A stretch of DNA of 52,275 bases from Phycisphaerales bacterium. GTDB lineage: Bacteria; Planctomycetota; Phycisphaerae; Phycisphaerales; UBA1924. The notes beneath the pieces are model-generated. The model made no database searches and had not been told where the DNA came from. It worked only from the letters and a program-made list of their open reading frames with translations. Below, piece by piece: positions 46,455 to 52,275 of the stretch. The translations under genes were made by a program, and so were the position numbers. Every line of letters begins with the position of its first letter. Position 1 is the stretch's first letter. The stretch lies in NCBI GenBank assembly GCA_041750235.1, contig JBGSZV010000258.1:1-52275 (forward strand). Direction: 5' to 3'.

Positions 46455-47273
46455 ATGGAGGAACATCACATGCGACTCAACACGATCCAGGTCGATCCGC
46501 AGTCCCGCGATGCCAGTTCGTCTGAGGATCTCAAGGCGGCGAGTGAATCAACCCTTGCCGGTCTCATCGTGAATCATGGCAGCACCGCAGCCCGCAACGA
46601 ACTCGTCGAGCGCAACCTCGGCCTCGTTCGGGCGATCGCCCGCGAGTTCTCGCAATCCGGATCTCGCTACGACGATCTCGTCGCGGAGGGCAACATGGCG
46701 CTCATCCGCGCGGCCGAACGATTCGATCCCGATCGCGGCGTGAAGTTCGGCAGCTACGCAGCCATCTGGATCCGGCACGCGATGCGCTCCGCCCGGGCAG
46801 CCAGCATTCGCCCGGTGCACGTGCCGGCACGAATGCTGCGTGAACTGCGCCAGCTTGCCGCGGCCAGAGCCGAACTGACGACCGAGCTCGACCGGGCGCC
46901 AACCGCCGCGGAACTGGCCGAGAGAACCGGGATGTCGCGGGCCCACATCCGCGAACTCGAAGCGCGGGCCGATCTCCTGGAACCGGTCCGCACGATCGAC
47001 CCCGCCGACTGCGCTGCGACGCACGCTCCCTCACCCGCCGATGCGGCCATCGGCGAGCTGGACCTCGAACCAACTGATTCCGACCGACTGCGCACCCTCG
47101 TCGCCAGACTGCCGCCCCCCGAGCGCGAGGCCATCTCTCGCTGCTTCGGCCTTACCGACGCCGAACCGATGACGCTCCGCGCCGTCGCCCAATCGATGGA
47201 CCTCAACGCCGCCGCGGTCCGCAAACTGCTCCGCAGCGGCATGGTCCGACTCAGAAGTGCCGTGGCGGCGTAG
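46455..47273 (+). CDS. Sigma-70 family alternative sigma factor (group 3-like, regions 2-4)
   Basis: Region 2 DLVAEGNMALIRAAERFDPDRGVKFGSYAAIWIRHAM. Region 4 HTH near the C-terminus (MTLRAVAQSMDLNAAAVRKL). Confidence 0.85.
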   Translation: MEEHHMRLNTIQVDPQSRDASSSEDLKAASESTLAGLIVNHGSTAARNELVERNLGLVRAIAREFSQSGSRYDDLVAEGNMALIRAAERFDPDRGVKFGSYAAIWIRHAMRSARAASIRPVHVPARMLRELRQLAAARAELTTELDRAPTAAELAERTGMSRAHIRELEARADLLEPVRTIDPADCAATHAPSPADAAIGELDLEPTDSDRLRTLVARLPPPEREAISRCFGLTDAEPMTLRAVAQSMDLNAAAVRKLLRSGMVRLRSAVAA

Positions 47274-47326
47274 CCATCGGCATCACACGCGAAGTGCACT
47301 TACACACTCACCAAAGGAGTTCTTCA

Positions 47327-47524
47327 ATGAACTGGGATCAAGTCGAAGGAAACTGGAAGCAGGTCAAGGGTAAGCTCCGCGAGAAGTGGGGCCGAATCAC
47401 CGACGACGAGTTCGACACCATCGGCGGCAAGAAGGACCAGCTCATCGGCAAGGTCCAGGAGGTCTACGGCAAGACGCGCGAGGAAGCCGAGCGCGACGTG
47501 GACGAATGGTGCAGGACGAGCTGA
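47327..47524 (+). CDS. CsbD-family stress protein
   Basis: MNWDQVEGNWKQVKGKLREKWGRITDDEFDTIGGKKDQLIGKVQEVYG is near-consensus CsbD. AAAGGAG SD. Confidence 0.88.
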   Translation: MNWDQVEGNWKQVKGKLREKWGRITDDEFDTIGGKKDQLIGKVQEVYGKTREEAERDVDEWCRTS

Positions 47525-47556
47525 CATTCAACGACACCAATCAGCCAAAATGAACG

Positions 47557-47582
47557 AGGCGTGCCGGGCACGCCTTGTTTCA
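47557..47582 (+). terminator. Intrinsic terminator after csbD-like gene
   Basis: AGGCGTG / CACGCCT stem with loop CCGGG, followed by TGTTTCATT. Confidence 0.5.
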
Positions 47583-47618
47583 TTGCCCACCAAGGCTTCT
47601 GGCTCAAACGACGACACG

Positions 47619-49685
47619 CTAACGTGGCAGAATGTGGCCGAGCTCGATGCGGCGGTACTCTTCGTCCAAGGCGAGCAGTCGGTTCCGATCAGCCAGCAGG
47701 CGGCCGCTGTAAGCGTTCTTAAGCGCTCGGACCGCGAGAATGTGAGCAGGGCTGTACCGCTCAGACGATGGCAACTGTGCGATGTACTCGCGAACAAGCC
47801 CCGCAGCTTCGGCAACTTCTTCAAAAGTGTCGGCATCCATCGGACGTGCTGAGAACGTGGCGCCCTGACGTAACCAGTGGTCCTTGATGATCGCAGCCGC
47901 ATGCAGCATCGAAACATACCGGACCATATCATCTCCACTTCCGACCTTCGCCCTCCACTTGTCGAGAGATCGAGCGAGCATTCCTCGAAGCTCGGGATGA
48001 TCTTGTTTATCACTCAGCATCCAGTGGCCAAGCGTGACCTCCCAGATAAGGGGCATCGTTTGATTCTCGCGGCCTTCCGCTCTTGCTCGGTCAATTTCTG
48101 TCTTGAGGAGCTGGTACCGCTGCCCGAACATGTACTCGTCGAAGCGTTTCCTTCCCAGAATGCTTACCGCATCAATCTGTTCCATGAGCCAGATCGTGGG
48201 CAGCAGATTGGCGCCGAAGTTGACGCGCGCATTAACCTGATTCGCATCCATGATCTTCTGCTCATAGACCGCGTACGTTTGGTCCTGCTGGTACGCCATT
48301 CCCATGGCCATCAGAGCTCCGCCAGTCAGAACGCCGCACCCGATACTGGCCGCTGCCAACAGTGGCCGACGCCGCGCCCACAGCATCGCTCGACGCACCG
48401 GTCCGGAGCGCCGCGACACGACAGGTCGTCTCTCGGCCCAGCGCTCCAACTCATCCGCGAACTCCGCCGCCGACGCAAAGCGGTCCGAAGGCCGCTCAGC
48501 GAGTGACTTCTGAATGATGGCATCGATATCGGCGTCCAGCCCAGTCGCCACTTTCGTCACTTCGGTGCCGTCACGTTGCACCCGGGTATGCCGGTGAGCA
48601 ATCTCCCGTGCTGTTCGTCCGTTGGGAAGAGACCGCATCAATCCGTAGTAGAAAAGTCCTCCGAGCGCGTAGAGATCCGCCGGGATCGCCACAGAGCCGG
48701 GTTCTTCACGAAACTGCTCGGGGGCAATGAACGCGAGGTTCCCAAGTGGCCCGCCGGCCGTGCCGCGAATCACTTCGTCACCCGGATCCACCACTCTTGC
48801 GGCAACACCGAAATCCGCCACTTTGGGCGAACCATCCTCTGCGATCAGCACATTCCCCGGCTTGAGATCGCAGTGCACCAGGCCCGCATGATGCGCCGCA
48901 TGAACACCACGCGCCACCTGCGCGATCAGGCGTGCGGTTTGTCGCGCCCATCCCTTCGTGCTGCGATCAGGCAGCGCGCCGTCGAGCGTCCCACCAGGAA
49001 CGTACTCATAGACGATGAAATCGTCGCCATCGCCCGAAACGCCGCGGTCAAAGACGCGCACGACGTTGGGGTGGTTGATCCGCCGCGCCTTCGCCGCTTC
49101 GTCCATAAGGCGATGGCGTGCGCGCTCGCTCCGATGGCCGCCAGCCAGCAACTTGATCGCCACAAGCGGCCGATGCGCCCGGTCCGCCAGCAGCCGATCT
49201 TCCGCGAGGAACACCTGTCCGTGCGCCCCTTGGCCAAGCATCCGGATGAGGTTGTACCGCGGGACCCCGCTTTCAATGAGCGGCCCGAACTCGCACGGCA
49301 GCTCCCGATCCGGCGCAGAAGCCCCCCCCTCCGGAGAGCGACCCGACAGAAGCCCGGCATTCAGCGCCGCCGCTTCGCGGATGTGCTCAGCCAAATGCGG
49401 GTAGTGACCCGTGAGTTCTTCCACCACACGCGCATCCGGCAAGCCGCCGTGCGACCGCTGGCGCAGCACCACATCGATCGCCGCATCAAGCGCGACCAGG
49501 CGGTTCGCAAGATCCGGGACAAGGCGTAGGTACCGATCGAGGCTCGCCGAGTCCGAGTCAACCGTCGAATCCCACGACTCTTCACGGATCAGATCAGCGA
49601 GTTCATCATCACTCATCCCGGCGGCGCCCACCCCGCGCTCCACCAGATACGTCTCGATCTTCGGCGAATGCCCAACGCTACTCAT
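47619..49685 (-). CDS. Ser/Thr protein kinase with a TM segment and a C-terminal extracytoplasmic domain
   Basis: GQGAHGQVFLA...VAIK, HCDLKPGNVL, DFG, APE motifs. Start chosen at ATG 49685, overlapping the ECF sigma stop by 8 nt. Confidence 0.88.
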   Translation of the reverse strand: MSSVGHSPKIETYLVERGVGAAGMSDDELADLIREESWDSTVDSDSASLDRYLRLVPDLANRLVALDAAIDVVLRQRSHGGLPDARVVEELTGHYPHLAEHIREAAALNAGLLSGRSPEGGASAPDRELPCEFGPLIESGVPRYNLIRMLGQGAHGQVFLAEDRLLADRAHRPLVAIKLLAGGHRSERARHRLMDEAAKARRINHPNVVRVFDRGVSGDGDDFIVYEYVPGGTLDGALPDRSTKGWARQTARLIAQVARGVHAAHHAGLVHCDLKPGNVLIAEDGSPKVADFGVAARVVDPGDEVIRGTAGGPLGNLAFIAPEQFREEPGSVAIPADLYALGGLFYYGLMRSLPNGRTAREIAHRHTRVQRDGTEVTKVATGLDADIDAIIQKSLAERPSDRFASAAEFADELERWAERRPVVSRRSGPVRRAMLWARRRPLLAAASIGCGVLTGGALMAMGMAYQQDQTYAVYEQKIMDANQVNARVNFGANLLPTIWLMEQIDAVSILGRKRFDEYMFGQRYQLLKTEIDRARAEGRENQTMPLIWEVTLGHWMLSDKQDHPELRGMLARSLDKWRAKVGSGDDMVRYVSMLHAAAIIKDHWLRQGATFSARPMDADTFEEVAEAAGLVREYIAQLPSSERYSPAHILAVRALKNAYSGRLLADRNRLLALDEEYRRIELGHILPR

Positions 49686-50355
49686 GGCCCACCTCCGGCC
49701 CCAGCTTCTCGCGCAGCCTGTCACGCAACTTCGACCAGCGCCACCGGATCGTTCCTTCCGGTAGCTCCAGACACTCTGCGATCTCCGTCAACGGCACATC
49801 ATTCATCCACATCGAAAGCACTTGGCGGTCGGTCTCGTCGTCCACCAGCCCGAACACCTGCTCAATCGCGATGACCGCACCGTCCTGCCCCTGGCGCTCC
49901 GCTTCCTCCATCCGACGAAGCACCTCGTTCGCGAAGGGTGAATCCTCTGATTCCGTTCGCCGTAACCGACGCTGAATCCGCCCCTTCTCTGTCACCGAGT
50001 TATTCGCGATCGTGAATATCAGCGCCCAAAGCTGCTCTTCGCTCGCAGCCTCCACTCCGCCACGCCGCACCACCTGATCCAGCCGACGCGCCACGGTGGA
50101 GAGCACATCCTGCGAGTCGAAGATCCGCCGCATCCCCGGGCTCAGCTTGTGGCGCACCCGCGCGCGGACCCTCGATCCATAACGATCAAGGAACTCCGCT
50201 GCGGCAACACGATCGCCGGCACGCATGCGCACCAGCAACGATTCGATCGTGCCCCCACCAAAAGCCCTTGGCACAACCAATCTCCTTCCACAGGTCTGTG
50301 GGATCGACACCCATCGTCCCACTTCACCCCCCATCGAGCAAGGGATTACCGGCAC
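49678..50355 (-). CDS. ECF-type sigma-70 family sigma factor (start uncertain)
   Basis: Region 2 (FLDRYGSRVRARVRHKL..., DSQDVLSTV) and region 4 (VPLTEIAECLELPEGTIRWRWSKLR). Confidence 0.8.
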   Translation of the reverse strand: MPVIPCSMGGEVGRWVSIPQTCGRRLVVPRAFGGGTIESLLVRMRAGDRVAAAEFLDRYGSRVRARVRHKLSPGMRRIFDSQDVLSTVARRLDQVVRRGGVEAASEEQLWALIFTIANNSVTEKGRIQRRLRRTESEDSPFANEVLRRMEEAERQGQDGAVIAIEQVFGLVDDETDRQVLSMWMNDVPLTEIAECLELPEGTIRWRWSKLRDRLREKLGPEVGHE

Positions 50356-50528
50356 TGGCAGCCGCTTGCCAAGATCGCCCAGTGCTTGGAACCCGAACAG
50401 AAAATTCTCTCCAACCCGGAAAAAAGCGCCAACGCCACACCTTTGGGTGTCGCCTTCCCACAGGCAAGGGGTGCTGAAGTCCGGATCGTAACCGGCGCGG
50501 CATCCCCACAGATCTGTGGAGGTGCCAA

Positions 50529-50735
50529 ATGCGGTCGGTGTGTGCCCGCCAAGCTCGGCGGCTCGTTAGCAGCACGGTGATCCTGGCATCCACGCTGATC
50601 GGCGCTGCCCCGTCCGCCCACGCTGAAGAACTCCCGATTCCCATCGTCATTCCAATCCCGCCCTTCATCGTGTTTCCTCCCACACCGCCGCCGCCCGCCC
50701 CGCCCACAGAGCCCGATCCCGACGACAATTGGTGA
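50529..50735 (+). CDS. Small secreted proline-rich peptide (hypothetical)
   Basis: GGAGG SD 6 nt upstream. Signal peptide ending SAHA, then a PIPIVIPIPPFIVFPPTPPPPAPPTEP tract. Confidence 0.3.
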   Translation: MRSVCARQARRLVSSTVILASTLIGAAPSAHAEELPIPIVIPIPPFIVFPPTPPPPAPPTEPDPDDNW

Positions 50736-50738
50736 GCC

Positions 50739-51077
50739 ATGATCATGCCCAATCCAAACCCCGTTCGACGAACATCGAACACTGACGCCCTCGCTGACGA
50801 TCTCAGCAAGCGCATCATCGAAGTCATTCAACCCTGCACCAACTCGCAGGTCGGTCGCCTGATCGGGGTCTCCGATGAGACCATCCGACGCATCCGACAC
50901 GGCGACCAGCCCTCCGTCCGCGTCGTCCTCGGCCTCTGCCAAGCCTTCGAAATATCCGCCGACTGGCTGCTTCTCGGACGTGGCGACGCCCCAACCATCG
51001 ACCACCAGGCCGTCGTGGAGCCCAAGACACGCGGCATGCGCCACAGAGATTACGCCAGCCTCAACCAGGCCCGCTGA
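50739..51077 (+). CDS. Small HTH protein (phage CI/Cro-like DNA-binding domain)
   Basis: NSQVGRLIGVSDETIRRIRHGDQPSVRVVLGLCQAFEISADWLLLGRG. Confidence 0.55.
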   Translation: MIMPNPNPVRRTSNTDALADDLSKRIIEVIQPCTNSQVGRLIGVSDETIRRIRHGDQPSVRVVLGLCQAFEISADWLLLGRGDAPTIDHQAVVEPKTRGMRHRDYASLNQAR

Positions 51078-52275
51078 CAACCAGGACGCGAACGTCCGTC
51101 ATCTCCTCCATCGCGAAACGCACCCCCTCGCGACCCAGCCCCGACTGCTTCAAGCCGCCGTAGGGCATGTTGTCCATGCGCCAAGTCGGCACATCGTTCA
51201 CGATCACCCCGCCCACTTCCAGTTCCTCAAACGCCCGCCGCGCATTCGTGAGTGAGTCGGTGAACACCCCGCACTGCAGCCCGAACACACTGTCATTGGC
51301 AAAGCGGATCGCCTCGCCGATCTCCTCGCACTTCTGTAGGATCGCCACCGGCCCAAAGACCTCCTGACACGCCAGCCGCGCCGAAGGCGCGACCTCCTCC
51401 AGTAGCGTCGGCGCGTACACCGAACCGTCCCGCCGACCGCCGCACAACACCCGTGCGCCGCCCACAACCGCTTCGCTCACCCACTCCTCAACCCGCTTCG
51501 CTTCCTTCTCGCTGATCAGCGGGCCCACCACCGTCGCTTCATCACGCGGATCGCCCGCTTTCATCGCGGTCGCCCGCGTAACCAGCGCCTCCTTCAGCGG
51601 TTCGTACACACTCCGGTGCGCCAGCACCCGCTGCACACTGATGCACGACTGCCCGGCGTACGCAAACGCCCCATTCGCAATCTTCGGAGCCGCCTTCTCG
51701 ACATCCACGCCCGTATCCACGATGCACGCCGCGTTCCCGCCCAGCTCCAGCACGAAGCGCTTGCGCCCCGCTCGTTCCTTGAGTTTCCATCCCACCGCCG
51801 GCGAACCGGTAAAGCTCAGCAGCTTGATCCGCTCGTCCTCGCTGAACAGCTCGATCCCGTCCTTCACCACCGTCAAGATGCTCCACGAGCCCTTGGGCAA
51901 CTCCGTCTCCGCCAGAATCTCCCCCAGCATCAACGACGTCAACGGCGTCCGCGGGTCCGGCTTCGCGACAAACGGGCACCCCACCGCGATCGCCGGCCCC
52001 ACCTTGTGCGCCAGCAGGTTCAACGGAAAGTTGAACGGCAGCACAAACGAGCATGCACCCACCGGCACCCGTTTCCACAGCCCCTGATATCCCGCCCCCC
52101 GCGGCGACACATCCAGCGCAATCGTCTCCCCCCGCACCCGGCCGCACTCCTCCGCCGACATCCGGAACGTTTCGATCGCCCGCGCCACCTCGCCCCGCGC
52201 CAACGTGATCGGCTTCCCCGCCTCCGCCGAGAGCACACGCGCGAACTCCTCCGCCCGCTCGGTCATTCGCCGCAC
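51061..52275 (-). CDS. NAD(P)-dependent aldehyde dehydrogenase, partial (N-terminus lies beyond the window)
   Basis: ALDH motifs (FTGSPAVG, ELGGNA, catalytic QSCISVQR, EEVFGPV). The ORF runs off the right edge. Confidence 0.9.
   Translation of the reverse strand: MRRMTERAEEFARVLSAEAGKPITLARGEVARAIETFRMSAEECGRVRGETIALDVSPRGAGYQGLWKRVPVGACSFVLPFNFPLNLLAHKVGPAIAVGCPFVAKPDPRTPLTSLMLGEILAETELPKGSWSILTVVKDGIELFSEDERIKLLSFTGSPAVGWKLKERAGRKRFVLELGGNAACIVDTGVDVEKAAPKIANGAFAYAGQSCISVQRVLAHRSVYEPLKEALVTRATAMKAGDPRDEATVVGPLISEKEAKRVEEWVSEAVVGGARVLCGGRRDGSVYAPTLLEEVAPSARLACQEVFGPVAILQKCEEIGEAIRFANDSVFGLQCGVFTDSLTNARRAFEELEVGGVIVNDVPTWRMDNMPYGGLKQSGLGREGVRFAMEEMTDVRVLVVSGPG

Noticed and set aside
1-52275. 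CRISPR arrays, rRNA genes, IS elements or transposases, reverse transcriptase (retron/DGR), phage structural or conjugation genes.
   Set aside because: Reading the sequence and ORF translations turned up no regularly spaced short repeats, no DDE/transposase-like or RT motifs, and no capsid, tail or T4SS signatures.

Overview
This is a high-GC bacterial window. ECF sigma/Ser-Thr kinase pairing, dockerin-tailed proteins and many lipoproteins suggest Planctomycetota-like, but that is inference only. A tRNA-Glu(CUC) sits at 198-272. Its last 10 nt plus a downstream 40-42 nt hairpin recur as direct repeats at about 25.2 kb and, more decayed, at about 39.0 kb. These repeats split the left 39 kb into two tandem modules.

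Module 1 (about 273-25204) starts with a large serine recombinase. It carries a ParB-methyltransferase, a sulfotransferase, a HARE-HTH protein and a dense signalling cluster (REC-HDOD, CBS-PAS kinase + LuxR regulator, hybrid kinase + Hpt + REC-HD-GYP). It also holds a helicase remnant, an A/T-richer patch encoding a small lipoprotein and a lipoprotein CHAT protease, and a four-gene Ubl/E2/JAB/E1 (Bil-like) operon. That operon is divergent from an XRE + ImmA/IrrE regulator pair.

Module 2 (about 25267-38985) has no recombinase. It carries a pentaheme cytochrome with a dockerin tail, a NapH-like 4Fe-4S/TPR fusion, a diheme cytochrome c and a Sec-type (clade II) nosZ-B-D-F-Y-L cluster, followed by Rrf2 - RIC - Rrf2.

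The right third holds stress-type genes (DUF1328, YciE, ElaB, entericidin, CsbD, a sigma factor), an OmpR-type two-component system and a PRC-barrel protein. It ends with an ECF sigma/Ser-Thr kinase pair, a small HTH gene and a partial aldehyde dehydrogenase. No CRISPR array, rRNA or transposase was seen.
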